DNA of 64,000 nucleotides from an uncultured Chryseobacterium sp. (GCF_913778085.1 NZ_CAJYXJ010000008.1), one strand, 5' to 3'; positions 1 to 10,236 are shown, counted from the stretch's first letter. Notes: generated by a model from the sequence alone, not told the origin. Numbers and translations: made by a program.

Positions 1-603
1 ATCTTCTGCCAAAAGCTTCAGTTCCTTTTCTGTCTCGTCACCTTGTAAAACAGCAATTGACGTCCTGTTTTTTCGGATAATATGAAGATGGTTTTTAAAA
101 TAATATTCCAGATACCGAGCCGTATTGTTGCTTCCGGTAGCGATCACTGCATCAAAATTCTCCAGTCTTTCAACAAATTCAAAAGAAACGTTTCCTTCCG
201 AAAATTCATTCCACTTTTTTAATAAAAACGGAATCATGTACTTATCTTTTGAAGAAAGCTTAATTACAGGAATATGGTTGCTCAACACTACAGAAATCAC
301 ATCATGGAAACCAACTAAGGGAATATTCCCGGCCAGGATAAGCCCTACCCTTTTTGAGATTTTTGAAATACGGTATTCTTTCAGCCAGCTGTTTATATTT
401 TCTTCCGTCAGCAGATCGGCCCACTGCTGCAGGGCAAACTTTTGGTTTTCAATCGTAAACCATGGATTTTCGATCTGGGATCTTTGCAACAAAGATTCAA
501 AACCGGCATCATCTTCATTGTAATTTGGCTGATCTTTTGCTAAAAAGTCTTTTATATATTCACTGAGTCTGATAAGACCTAAAACTTGATTTTCGGTATT
601 CAT
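1..603 (-). CDS. Acyl-CoA reductase (LuxC-like), runs off the window edge
   Basis: Manual translation from ATG at 603: MNTENQVLGLIRLSEY...ENPWFT...LILAGNIPLVGFHD...VIATGSNNTARY...RKNRTS. Not in the ORF track. Confidence 0.85.
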   Translation of the reverse strand, partial: MNTENQVLGLIRLSEYIKDFLAKDQPNYNEDDAGFESLLQRSQIENPWFTIENQKFALQQWADLLTEENINSWLKEYRISKISKRVGLILAGNIPLVGFHDVISVVLSNHIPVIKLSSKDKYMIPFLLKKWNEFSEGNVSFEFVERLENFDAVIATGSNNTARYLEYYFKNHLHIIRKNRTSIAVLQGDETEKELKLLAED

Positions 604-662
604 AATTACTGTAAAATTGGGGAATATTTTGTAATTTTGTGCAAATTTAAAAAAAATTAGCG

Positions 663-1013
663 ATGGCTATTAAAATAACTGATGAATGCATTAACTGCGG
701 AGCCTGTGAACCGGAATGCCCGAACAATGCAATTTATGAAGGAGCAGTAGACTGGAAAGCTTCGGAAGGTACTGAACTGAAAGGTACCGTAACGCTTCCT
801 TCGGGACTTACCGTGGATGCAGATGCTCCGCAGGAACCCGTGAGTGACGATGTATACTTCATTGTAACAGACAAATGTACGGAATGCAAAGGCTTCCATG
901 AAGAGCCGCAATGTGCCGCCGTTTGCCCGGTAGATTGCTGTGTGCCCGATGAGGACCACGTAGAATCTGAAGAAACATTGCTTAATAAAAAAGCATTCTT
1001 ACACGGAGAATAA
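663..1013 (+). CDS. 4Fe-4S dicluster ferredoxin (YfhL-like)
   Basis: CINCGACEPEC and CTECKG...CAAVCP motifs. Confidence 0.95.
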   Translation: MAIKITDECINCGACEPECPNNAIYEGAVDWKASEGTELKGTVTLPSGLTVDADAPQEPVSDDVYFIVTDKCTECKGFHEEPQCAAVCPVDCCVPDEDHVESEETLLNKKAFLHGE

Positions 1014-1019
1014 AAACTG

Positions 1020-1049
1020 CCGTCTCATCCATCATGAGACGGTTTTTTT
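1020..1049 (+). terminator. Intrinsic terminator after the ferredoxin gene
   Basis: ccgtctcat-ccatc-atgagacgg followed by T7. Confidence 0.85.
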
Positions 1050-1134
1050 ATCTATCAGAAACCTGAATTTTAATAAGAAACTATAAATGAAGCCGTAAGA
1101 AGAAATTTTTACGGAAATCCAAAAAATAAATAAT

Positions 1135-2199
1135 ATGAGCAAAAAGCACAACTTTAGCGCAGGACCATGCATCTTACCTCAGGAAGTTTTTGAAAAATCG
1201 GCACAGGCGATTCTGGATTTCAACGGAATAGGCCTTTCCCTTCTTGAAATTTCGCACCGGAGTAAAGACTTTGTTGCCGTAATGGATGAGGCGCGTGCCA
1301 TTGTAAAAAGGCTGATGAATCTAGGTGATGAGTATGAAGTTTTATACCTGGGCGGGGGTGCAAGCCTGCAATTTGCGATGGTCCCATACAACCTGATGAA
1401 AGTTGGCGGAAAAACGGCTTACCTCGATACGGGAACCTGGGCTGCCGGCGCGATCAAAGAAGCTAAAAAAGTGGGAACGGTAGATGTGGTAGGTTCATCC
1501 AAAGAGGAAAACTACTCATTTATTCCTAAAGATTATACGGTAGGTGCGGAATATGATTATTTCCACTGCACCTCCAACAATACGATTTACGGAACCCAGA
1601 TGAAATCTTTTCCGGAAGTAGATACCCTGATGGTTTGCGATATGAGTTCAGATATTTTCTCAAGACAGCTGGACTTCTCAAAATTTGACCTTATTTATGC
1701 CGGAGCCCAGAAAAACATGGGGCCTGCCGGAGTAACCCTGGTGGTCATTAAAAAAGAAATCTTAGGAAAAACGGGAAGGGAAAATATGTTCTCCATCCTT
1801 GATTATTCACAGCATATCGCTAAAGAATCGATGTATAATACGCCGCCTGTATTTCCTGTATATGCCTCTCTGCTTACCCTTCAGTATCTGGAAAACAATG
1901 GAGGAATTGCCGCTGCCGAAGCCAGAAACGAAGCTAAAGCGAAACTTCTCTATGATGAAATCGACAGCAACCCGCTGTTTGAGACGTTCTGTGTAAAAGA
2001 AGACCGCTCCCTCATGAACGTTTCCTTTAAAATTACTGACGAAAGCAAAAAAGAAGCATTTGATGCAGCGTGGAAAGCAGCCGGAATAAGCGGACTGAAC
2101 GGGCACAGAAGCTTAGGCGGATACAGAGCAAGTTTGTACAACGCCATGCCGATCGAAAGCGTTCAGGTTCTTGTGGAGGTCATGAAATCTGTAAATTAA
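1135..2199 (+). CDS. serC: Phosphoserine aminotransferase
   Basis: HNFSAGP, SHRS, DMSSD, YAGAQKNMGPAG (PLP Lys), GHRSLGGYRASLYNA. Confidence 0.97.
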   Translation: MSKKHNFSAGPCILPQEVFEKSAQAILDFNGIGLSLLEISHRSKDFVAVMDEARAIVKRLMNLGDEYEVLYLGGGASLQFAMVPYNLMKVGGKTAYLDTGTWAAGAIKEAKKVGTVDVVGSSKEENYSFIPKDYTVGAEYDYFHCTSNNTIYGTQMKSFPEVDTLMVCDMSSDIFSRQLDFSKFDLIYAGAQKNMGPAGVTLVVIKKEILGKTGRENMFSILDYSQHIAKESMYNTPPVFPVYASLLTLQYLENNGGIAAAEARNEAKAKLLYDEIDSNPLFETFCVKEDRSLMNVSFKITDESKKEAFDAAWKAAGISGLNGHRSLGGYRASLYNAMPIESVQVLVEVMKSVN

Positions 2200-2321
2200 T
2201 ATAAGATTCTAAAATTCAATCACTTAAATAACTAAAGATTTTATTTTAAATTTTCTTAATTTGCGCCACTGTTAAATTATTTAATAATTCATTTATTTAA
2301 ATAATTAAAGAATATAAGAAC

Positions 2322-3284
2322 ATGAGAGTTTTAGCCAACGACGGAATTTCAAAAGCAGGTGAACAGGCATTGAAAAATGCAGGGATCGAAGTACTGGACA
2401 ACAGGGTTGCACAGGACCACGTCATCAGTTTCATCAACGAAAACAACGTAGATGTCCTTCTCGTAAGAAGTGCCACGAAAGTAAGGCAGGATCTTATCGA
2501 CGCCTGTCCGAACCTGATAATCATCGGGAGAGGAGGAATCGGGATGGACAATATCGACGTTGAATACGCAATCGAAAAAGGAAAATACGTCATCAATACC
2601 CCAACGGCATCTTCAAAATCCGTAGCGGAACTGGTATTCGGACATTTTTTCTCGCTGGCACGATTTCTCCATGAATCCAACAGGCTGATGCCGCTGGAAG
2701 GGGAAACCCACTTCAACGCCATGAAAAAATCATTTGCCAACGCTCATGAGCTCTCAGGAAAGAACCTGGGTGTGATCGGATTCGGAAGCATCGGCCAAGA
2801 AGTCCTGAAAATAGGGATTTCCCTGGGAATGAATGTGAAAGTCCTGACGAGAAAGCCGAAAACCAAGACCCTAACCCTGGAATTCTTCGACGGCCAGTCG
2901 CTGAATTTTGAGATCACTTCCACCAACGATATGGATGCTTTCCTTAAAGATGCGGATTTCATCAGCATCAATACGCCGAAAACCAACGAATATATCATTG
3001 ATACGCCTCAGTTTGAAAAAATGAAAGACGGCGTGTATATCGTCAATACGGCAAGAGGCGGCGTGCTGAATGAAGTTGCGCTCATCGATTTTATCGAATC
3101 CGGAAAAGTAGCGGGTGCCGCGCTGGATGTTTTTGAGAAGGAACCGAGCCCGGAAGTTCTGTTGCTGATGAATCCTGCCCTTTCGCTTTCTCCGCACGTC
3201 GGAGGAAATACGGTAGATGCCCAGGAAAAAATCGGAGTTGAGCTTGCAGAACAGATTATTAAGATTAAAGAAACTATACTATAA
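2322..3284 (+). CDS. serA: D-3-phosphoglycerate dehydrogenase
   Basis: VRSATKV, GVIGFGSIG, NTARGG, ALDVF, PHVGG; directly after serC. Confidence 0.92.
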   Translation: MRVLANDGISKAGEQALKNAGIEVLDNRVAQDHVISFINENNVDVLLVRSATKVRQDLIDACPNLIIIGRGGIGMDNIDVEYAIEKGKYVINTPTASSKSVAELVFGHFFSLARFLHESNRLMPLEGETHFNAMKKSFANAHELSGKNLGVIGFGSIGQEVLKIGISLGMNVKVLTRKPKTKTLTLEFFDGQSLNFEITSTNDMDAFLKDADFISINTPKTNEYIIDTPQFEKMKDGVYIVNTARGGVLNEVALIDFIESGKVAGAALDVFEKEPSPEVLLLMNPALSLSPHVGGNTVDAQEKIGVELAEQIIKIKETIL

Positions 3285-3287
3285 AAT

Positions 3288-4532
3288 ATGCCTATTTTTA
3301 AACCTTTTCGTGGAATAAGACCTCATAAAGACTACGAGAGCACCTTTCCTACCCATCCCCTGGATAATTTCACCCAGGAGGAGATCGCGGAAAAAGCTCA
3401 GGTAGAAGATACTTACATCCATATGATCAAGCCCTATGTTGTAAGTAAGTCCAAAGATATTGACCGGAATTTAAGAAAGATCCGATCGACTTTTGAAGAC
3501 CTTATGGAAGAGAAAAAACTCGTTCAGGACAATTCTTCCTATTATCTTTATGAGCAGATTTATCCCAACAAACAGGTTTTCAGAGGGCTTCTCGGTTTAG
3601 CCAGTATAGAGGATTTCTGGAACGGTAAAATCAAAAGGCATGAAAGTACTATTCCCCAAAAGAAGGAAAAGCTGGCGCACTATCTGGAAAAGGTTAATCT
3701 TCAGGCAGAGCCCGTACTGCTTACATACCCGTCCAATTCCAAGATCGAACTGCTGATGAACCATGAGGAGAAAAATGTTCCGATCTTCAATCATGTAGAT
3801 ACAAAAGGAATCCGGCATAAAATATGGAGAATCGACAACCGTCTGAAATTGCAGCAGTTTAAGGAAGTTATCGACCAGATTGATGCATTCTACATTGCCG
3901 ATGGCCACCACCGGATCGGTTCCACGGCGTTAAACGCCAAACATCAGAAAGATAAAAACAAAAGGCATAACGGCACGGAACTTTACAATTTCGTTTACAG
4001 CTTCATTGTTTCCAACCAATCCATCAAAATCCACGATTACAACAGAATCGTTACGGATATCAACGGGTTGTCGGACGAAGAATTTTTAAAGGAGCTGGAG
4101 AAGTATTTCCTGATTCACGAAAAAGGAGAAACGGCTTATTATCCATCACAGAAGTTCCATATTTCAATGTATCTGGGAGGTAAATTCTATTCCCTTCACG
4201 TAAGGCACGACCTTCGTTCGCAGGAAATGTCGCTGGATAATCTGGATCACCATTTACTCGACAAATATATTTTTAAGGATATTTTAAAAATTGAAGATCC
4301 GGACAGCTCTGAAAAGATTTCCTATGTAAAGGGGACTTCCAATATCGAAGGTATTACCCATCTGAAGGAAAAAGTAGACAGCGGCGAAGCAAAAGCAGGG
4401 TTTGGAATTTATCCGGTAAGCTTCAATGATATGATCAAAATTTCAGACCTGAAACTGAGCATGCCGCCAAAATGTACATTTATCGAACCCAAATTGGTTA
4501 CTGCCTTATTAATGTACGACATGAAACAATAA
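3288..4532 (+). CDS. DUF1015 family protein
   Basis: KPFRGIRP start, IKRHE, YIADGHHR, MPPKCTFIEPK end; 3 nt after serA. Confidence 0.9.
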   Translation: MPIFKPFRGIRPHKDYESTFPTHPLDNFTQEEIAEKAQVEDTYIHMIKPYVVSKSKDIDRNLRKIRSTFEDLMEEKKLVQDNSSYYLYEQIYPNKQVFRGLLGLASIEDFWNGKIKRHESTIPQKKEKLAHYLEKVNLQAEPVLLTYPSNSKIELLMNHEEKNVPIFNHVDTKGIRHKIWRIDNRLKLQQFKEVIDQIDAFYIADGHHRIGSTALNAKHQKDKNKRHNGTELYNFVYSFIVSNQSIKIHDYNRIVTDINGLSDEEFLKELEKYFLIHEKGETAYYPSQKFHISMYLGGKFYSLHVRHDLRSQEMSLDNLDHHLLDKYIFKDILKIEDPDSSEKISYVKGTSNIEGITHLKEKVDSGEAKAGFGIYPVSFNDMIKISDLKLSMPPKCTFIEPKLVTALLMYDMKQ

Positions 4533-4586
4533 ACTATTACCGATTTTTCCTTACTTTTAGCAACGGAAAAGAAAGGTAAATAAAAA

Positions 4587-5993
4587 ATGAAAAAAGTATT
4601 CATTATCATTCCACTCTTTTTGGGTGGATTTTTATTTTCTCAGAAAAAGCCCTTCAAAAGACCGGCCAAGAAAACATCGACGACCGTAAAGTTAAACTAT
4701 CACGATGAGTTTAAAAAGATTTCCGATGAGATTATGACCAACGGAACGGCATATGAAAACCTGGGACAGCTTACCAAAGGCATCGGTCCCCGTTTCAGCG
4801 GAACACCGGGATATATGAGAGCAGTAGACTGGGCCGAAAAAAAGCTGAAGGAAATCGGTATCGATATGGTGTGGAGAATGGAAGCCAAAGCTCCGGTATG
4901 GATTCGTGGGAGAGAATCCCTGCAGATCAAAGCCGGTAATGGCGACTGGAAAAACATCAGAATGCTTTCTTTCGGAAATTCTGAAGGAACCGACGGCAAA
5001 GACCTTACCGGAGAAATCGTACAGATAGGCTCCACTTCTGAGCTCAACGCCATGTCGGTGGGACAGCTGAAGGGCAAGATTGCATTCGTAAACCTGCCAA
5101 TGGATCCGAAAATCATCAATACCAGCGATTCCTATCTGCTTACGGCCAAATCCAAACTGATATCCGCTTCCGTAATTGCCAAAACCGGAGCAAAAGCTTT
5201 AATTATAAGATCTTTAACAACGGCTTCCGACGATACGCCGCACGCCAAGATGATTTATTATGAAGAAGACGATAAAATAAGGATCCCTGCCCTGTCGATC
5301 GGTATAAAATCGGCAGATGAGCTGGAGAAATTATTAAAAACCCAAAAAGTAACGGCAAAGCTTAATATGACTGCCCAGTCCAAGGGCGATACCACCAATC
5401 CGAATATCATTGCTGAAATTCAGGGTAAAAAAGACTCAAAGGTGATCGTCCTGGGTGCCCAGCTGGATTCATGGGATTTCGGGGAAGGTGCGATCGATGA
5501 CGGTACAGGAGTAGCCCAGTGTATGGAAGTATTAAGGACCTTTAAAGCGCTCGGTATTGAAAATAACCATACCATCCGGGTGGTATTTTATGCCAATAGC
5601 GAAAACGGAGGCCAGGGCCGCGAAATGTATGCTGCGTATGTGAAAAAGAAAGACGAGAAACACGTATTTGCTTTGGGAACGGATGCCGGAGGATACTCGC
5701 CGAGAGGATTTTCCCTGGATATGCCGCCGCAGAGAAGAAAACTGATTTTTGAATGGAAAAATTATTTCCTTCCTTACGGTGTGTATGATTTCGACCAGAC
5801 CGATGCGATCCAGGATATTTCACCGCTGAAAAAGCTGGATATTCCTCTGGCCGAGCTCGTAGTAGATACCCAAAGGTATTTCGACTACCATCATTCCGAG
5901 CAGGACACCTTCGACAAAGTGAATAAAAGAGAGCTTCTTTTAGGGGCGGTGGCGATGACGCAACTGGTTTTTATGATCGATAAAAACTGGTAA
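4587..5993 (+). CDS. M28/carboxypeptidase Q-like peptidase homologue with degenerate active site
   Basis: Signal peptide; collinear with 6757-8112 but GAQLDSWD and NSENG replace GGHLDSWD and NEENG. Confidence 0.9.
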   Translation: MKKVFIIIPLFLGGFLFSQKKPFKRPAKKTSTTVKLNYHDEFKKISDEIMTNGTAYENLGQLTKGIGPRFSGTPGYMRAVDWAEKKLKEIGIDMVWRMEAKAPVWIRGRESLQIKAGNGDWKNIRMLSFGNSEGTDGKDLTGEIVQIGSTSELNAMSVGQLKGKIAFVNLPMDPKIINTSDSYLLTAKSKLISASVIAKTGAKALIIRSLTTASDDTPHAKMIYYEEDDKIRIPALSIGIKSADELEKLLKTQKVTAKLNMTAQSKGDTTNPNIIAEIQGKKDSKVIVLGAQLDSWDFGEGAIDDGTGVAQCMEVLRTFKALGIENNHTIRVVFYANSENGGQGREMYAAYVKKKDEKHVFALGTDAGGYSPRGFSLDMPPQRRKLIFEWKNYFLPYGVYDFDQTDAIQDISPLKKLDIPLAELVVDTQRYFDYHHSEQDTFDKVNKRELLLGAVAMTQLVFMIDKNW

Positions 5994-6010
5994 ATGATTT
6001 ATTGAGCTGA

Positions 6011-6478
6011 ATGGACATATACGGATTTAGGAAATTTGCAAACATATTTCAACAGATTTTAAAAAGCAAACTTGAAGAAAATCGATATTTAAATATAGAA
6101 GAATATTTGCGGAACTTTTTTGATTATTATGAGAAATACAATGCTCATCAATTCTTTAATAATGAAGAGATTATTCTTGACGCCATGCATTTTCACGTGT
6201 ATCGAAATACAATGTATATTGAACGAATTGTAAAAGCCGAAGGTATTGATGAAGATTTTCAATTGAAACTTACCTTATTCCTCGACTCAACAGTCCAAAG
6301 CCAAAACAGTACATTTTACGATGTTGAACGGGATTTGTACGGTGATTTTTCTAATTCTGATATAGGATATTTCTATTTTTCAGATTTTAAAGAGGATGTT
6401 TTAAATTCATATGAAATTAGTAATCTCCTGCCTATATTGCCACAGGATACTGCGTTGGATATAAATATCGATCTCTAA
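6011..6478 (+). CDS. Hypothetical acidic protein, AT-rich
   Basis: 155-aa ORF 17 nt after the upstream stop; no family recognised. Confidence 0.65.
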   Translation: MDIYGFRKFANIFQQILKSKLEENRYLNIEEYLRNFFDYYEKYNAHQFFNNEEIILDAMHFHVYRNTMYIERIVKAEGIDEDFQLKLTLFLDSTVQSQNSTFYDVERDLYGDFSNSDIGYFYFSDFKEDVLNSYEISNLLPILPQDTALDINIDL

Positions 6479-6756
6479 GAATGTTTTTAAATTTGGAGTT
6501 TATTTTACCGTTAAAAATTAGCTATTTTAGCTTAAAAACATCAATTTAAAGAGTCCTGCTTTATTCATTTGATCCACTAAAACTTATCTGAAAGTTTCAT
6601 CATGATAAAAAATTAATACTAAACAAGTTTTATTTAAATTCAGAGAATGAAAGCAAAAGAGTTGAAGGAAAATTTCTGAGTTCAAGTGTAGACGGGCCCT
6701 GAGATTATTTAATAAAGTTACATCATCAAAATCATCTATTTTCTTTTTGTGTTGCT

Positions 6757-8112
6757 ATGAAACAAATTTTTACTTCCGCGATTGTTTTTTTAAGTCTGAA
6801 TATATTTTCACAGACAAAAGAAGATTCTGTACAGTTTGCCAGAATTTCCACGGAAATCCTGAATAACGGAAAAGCATACGACGAATTAAGGGACCTGACC
6901 AAAAACATTGGCCACCGTCTCAGTGGTTCTGAAGCTTATGAAAAATCCGTGCAATGGGCAGCACAGCAGCTCCGCGATGCCGGAGCTGATAAAGTCTGGC
7001 TTCAGGAAGTGACGATCCCGGTCTGGATAAGAGGAAAGGAATCTTTGCAGATCCGGACAGCCGACGGAAAATGGAAAAGCCTGAAAATGCTTTCTCTGGG
7101 AAATTCCGAAGGAACCGGAGGAAAAGATGTTGCAGGAGAAATCATCATGGTTACGTCTATGGAAGAATATGATAAGCTTACCCCGGAGCAGATAAAAGGC
7201 AAGATCGTTTTCTTTAACTATCCTTTCAGCCAGTCGTACATCGAGACGTTCCGAGGGTACAGCGATGCCTCAAAATACAGAACGACCGCTGCTTCACTGA
7301 CAGCAATGAAAGGCGGTAAATTCGCTATTATCCGTTCGCTTTCTTCTGCCTTTGATAATATTCCGCACACCGGAGCGATGCGTTACAGCAATGATAAGAA
7401 AATTCCCGCGGTTGCCATCGGAAATACCACTGCCGATGAGCTGGCACAGCTTTTAACTTCCCAAAAAATAACCGCAAAGCTGAATTCCAACTGCGGCATG
7501 AAAGGTGAAAAACGTTCCTATTCCGTAATTGGGGAGATCGACGGCAAAAAAGATAAAAATGTAATTCTGGTAGGCGGACATCTTGATTCCTGGGATGTAG
7601 GAGAAGGTGCCCATGACGACGGTGCCGGTATCGTCCAGAGCATTGAAGTAATAAGAACTTTTAAAAAGCTGGGGATCCGCAACAACCATACTATCCGGGT
7701 AGCCTGCTTTGCTAATGAAGAAAACGGTGTAAAAGGCGGCATCCAATACGGAAAGACGGCAAAAGAAAACAACGAGAAACATCTTTTTGCTATAGAAACC
7801 GATGCCGGAGGGTTCAGCCCGAGAGGAGTTTCCTTAAACATGGACAATATCGAGAGAAAACAGATACAGAGCTGGTCGGGACTGTTTTTGCCTTACGGAG
7901 TTTACGATTTCACAGGAACTTTCTCCGGCACGGATCTCTACCCGCTTCATGACATGGGCGTACCGACTGCAGAACTGGTCCCCGATTCCCAACGGTATTT
8001 TGATATTCATCATACGGAGGAAGATACGTTTGAAAAGGTAAACCGCAGAGAGCTGCTGCTTGGAGCGAGTACTTTGACGCAGATAATTTATATGATTGAC
8101 CGAAATTGGTAA
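6757..8112 (+). CDS. M28 family peptidase (carboxypeptidase Q-like), intact active site
   Basis: Signal peptide; GGHLDSWD, AHDDGAG, NEENG, ETD, IHH. Confidence 0.93.
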   Translation: MKQIFTSAIVFLSLNIFSQTKEDSVQFARISTEILNNGKAYDELRDLTKNIGHRLSGSEAYEKSVQWAAQQLRDAGADKVWLQEVTIPVWIRGKESLQIRTADGKWKSLKMLSLGNSEGTGGKDVAGEIIMVTSMEEYDKLTPEQIKGKIVFFNYPFSQSYIETFRGYSDASKYRTTAASLTAMKGGKFAIIRSLSSAFDNIPHTGAMRYSNDKKIPAVAIGNTTADELAQLLTSQKITAKLNSNCGMKGEKRSYSVIGEIDGKKDKNVILVGGHLDSWDVGEGAHDDGAGIVQSIEVIRTFKKLGIRNNHTIRVACFANEENGVKGGIQYGKTAKENNEKHLFAIETDAGGFSPRGVSLNMDNIERKQIQSWSGLFLPYGVYDFTGTFSGTDLYPLHDMGVPTAELVPDSQRYFDIHHTEEDTFEKVNRRELLLGASTLTQIIYMIDRNW

Positions 8113-8229
8113 GGCTGGATTTAGAAGATGGGTGATGGAAATTTAAACCATACCGGAAATTATTATAAAGTAAATATATCGCTTTTCAGAACTCGGATTT
8201 TACCGATTGCTGAAGGTGATTTTAAAATT

Positions 8230-8266
8230 AAAAAAGTTTATTGAACCAGGTTCAATAAACTTTTTT
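8230..8266. terminator. Perfect 18-bp inverted repeat, likely bidirectional terminator
   Basis: aaaaaagtttattgaacc-a-ggttcaataaactttttt between convergent genes. Confidence 0.75.
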
Positions 8267-8359
8267 TATCCGTAAAATTGATATGACGAGTTAGAACGTA
8301 TAACTTTTAACAGTAATTGTGTATCAAAGGCATTTAAATAATCCCGTCTGCAAATCTTT

Positions 8360-9511
8360 TTAGAATTTATAGGCTACAAAACGATCGATAGCCAGTCCGC
8401 CAGGAACTGACTGATATGGCGGATTCTCTGCTGTTCCTCCCCACCGCTGAAGCTTGGTAGCTGCCGTTCCGTTGTTTGCAGGCTGTCCCGGCACCGGCTT
8501 GATGGTAACGTAAATGTCCTGTGGACCTGTTGTCACAATAAAGAATGTATTATTAATGGTAAAACCGCCCATTCCTGATGTAAAGGAATTGTATAGGGTG
8601 TTCCAGGTACCCGGTATGGCTCCTATCGCATTGGCCAGATTCTGCTCGTTATTAATGGCCCCTTTGGTAATCAGATATTCTACCTGTGCAGGGACAGAAA
8701 CCGTATTTTCAAAACCGAAATCGGCATTCAGAAATACCAGGTAAGTACCGGCAGAAGGTAGTGAAAGCCTGGCTACCGAACTGTAGCGGTTTGCGGGAAT
8801 AGAATTATTCGTTGATGCCTGTGCATTATTTATAAGCCAGGTTCCTTCTACATTAGTGGAAAATGCCATGGTTCTCCAGGTTCCTACACCGTTTGCATCA
8901 CTGGTCAATACCTTTCCTTCTCCCTGTGTACCATCCACAATTTTCACCGCGCCGGCCGTATTTCCATTGTTCACCTCCAGTTTGGCGGCAGGAGCATTTG
9001 TCCCTATACCTACTTTATGATTAGCAGCATCAACGCTGAAAGTGGAATTATCTACAGTAAAATGGCTGGTTCCGCTGGTGGCTGAAGATGTGAAAGCCAT
9101 CGTATTGGTCCCCTGAGAAACCGTACGGTTGGAAGTTAGCGCCCCGTTGTCTTTATACAGATCGCTGCCTGCTCCTACTTTCTGCCATAAGTTTCCATCG
9201 AAATAGTAATACCCGACCGCAGTGATGTTCACCCTTTGTGAATTCACATCGCCACCCGTCACATCACTGATGTAGACAATAGCTCCGGTATGATCCGCTC
9301 CGTAAAGACTGTTTCCTTTAGCCGTAAGTTCCGCCCGGGTAAGCCGCGGCGCCTGAAATCCGTCTGCATCGGTGCTGCCCAGCCTTGCCGTAACATCCAG
9401 TGTGGTTTTTGGGGACGAAGTATTGATTCCGACTTTTCCCTGCTGTGCCAATGCATCAGCGGAAAAAAACATTAGGGAAAGAGTAATCCCTAAGACAATT
9501 CTGTTCTTCAT
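8360..9511 (-). CDS. Exported hypothetical protein of the 'VGINTxxPxxTLDV' family
   Basis: Signal peptide; repeated VGINTSSPKTTLDV and VGIGTNAPAAKLEV; PRLTRAEL; GKVLTSDANG. Confidence 0.85.
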   Translation of the reverse strand: MKNRIVLGITLSLMFFSADALAQQGKVGINTSSPKTTLDVTARLGSTDADGFQAPRLTRAELTAKGNSLYGADHTGAIVYISDVTGGDVNSQRVNITAVGYYYFDGNLWQKVGAGSDLYKDNGALTSNRTVSQGTNTMAFTSSATSGTSHFTVDNSTFSVDAANHKVGIGTNAPAAKLEVNNGNTAGAVKIVDGTQGEGKVLTSDANGVGTWRTMAFSTNVEGTWLINNAQASTNNSIPANRYSSVARLSLPSAGTYLVFLNADFGFENTVSVPAQVEYLITKGAINNEQNLANAIGAIPGTWNTLYNSFTSGMGGFTINNTFFIVTTGPQDIYVTIKPVPGQPANNGTAATKLQRWGGTAENPPYQSVPGGLAIDRFVAYKF

Positions 9512-9898
9512 AATTAATCCTAATCTGATTTCTTTAGTTTACGGCTGCAAATATAAACCAATTTAATTATTTTCAACCATATCTTATTATGATTTAATTA
9601 AAATTTAATTTAAACGACAAAATGATTAATATTAAATAATATAAAGCATTTTTATTAAATTTAATGTAAAATTAAAGTATTTAAATTTCACCCTCTCGTG
9701 ATAAGCCTGCAAAAAGTAAAATGATAACATGCTGGTTGTAAGAAAACTCAGCCTCTACAATAGAAAAGAAAGTAACAACAATGTTAAAAATAATTTGCAC
9801 CATCCTTGCACATGAGGGAATCGATACTGATTCAGACTATCTTTAGCCTTTTTATGGTCTATTGTCAGAATACCTGATGACCTTTTAAAAACAGCGTC

Positions 9899-9931
9899 TT
9901 TGTTTTTACTTAACAGGCCAAGATAACTTTG
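9899..9931 (+). promoter_or_regulatory. Bacteroidota sigma70-type promoter
   Basis: TTTG (9899-9902)-N21-TAACTTTG (9924-9931). Confidence 0.55.
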
Positions 9932-10236
9932 CAATCCAAAAATAAAATTATTTTTAGCCTTAAAAACTATTTCCGCATTCTGTATCATCATGTGTGGCAA
10001 CGAACGGCCCGACACCAAACCAGATCTGGAGGAGCTTATATATTTTACAGACTGAATATAATAAAAGTAGAGAAAGAAAAAGACGATCCTGCGAAAAAGC
10101 TGAACAAATCGGAATCCCAAAAAAAAACGGAAACCGTGTAAACAGATTGCATCTCTATTTCTAAAACAGCTATTTGTAAAACCAGTAAAACACCTGAAAA
10201 ACCGCTGGATGGCTACCGTCATTCTACACTACACAA

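Noticed and set aside
125-523. 132-aa plus-strand ORF and the many similar overlapping ORFs in the track
   Set aside because: Antisense or out-of-frame to well-supported genes, here the acyl-CoA reductase
9755-10222. 155-aa minus ORF and 70-aa plus ORF (9929-10141)
   Set aside because: No recognisable family, low-complexity composition, and the TTG start of the plus ORF lies inside the -7 promoter box
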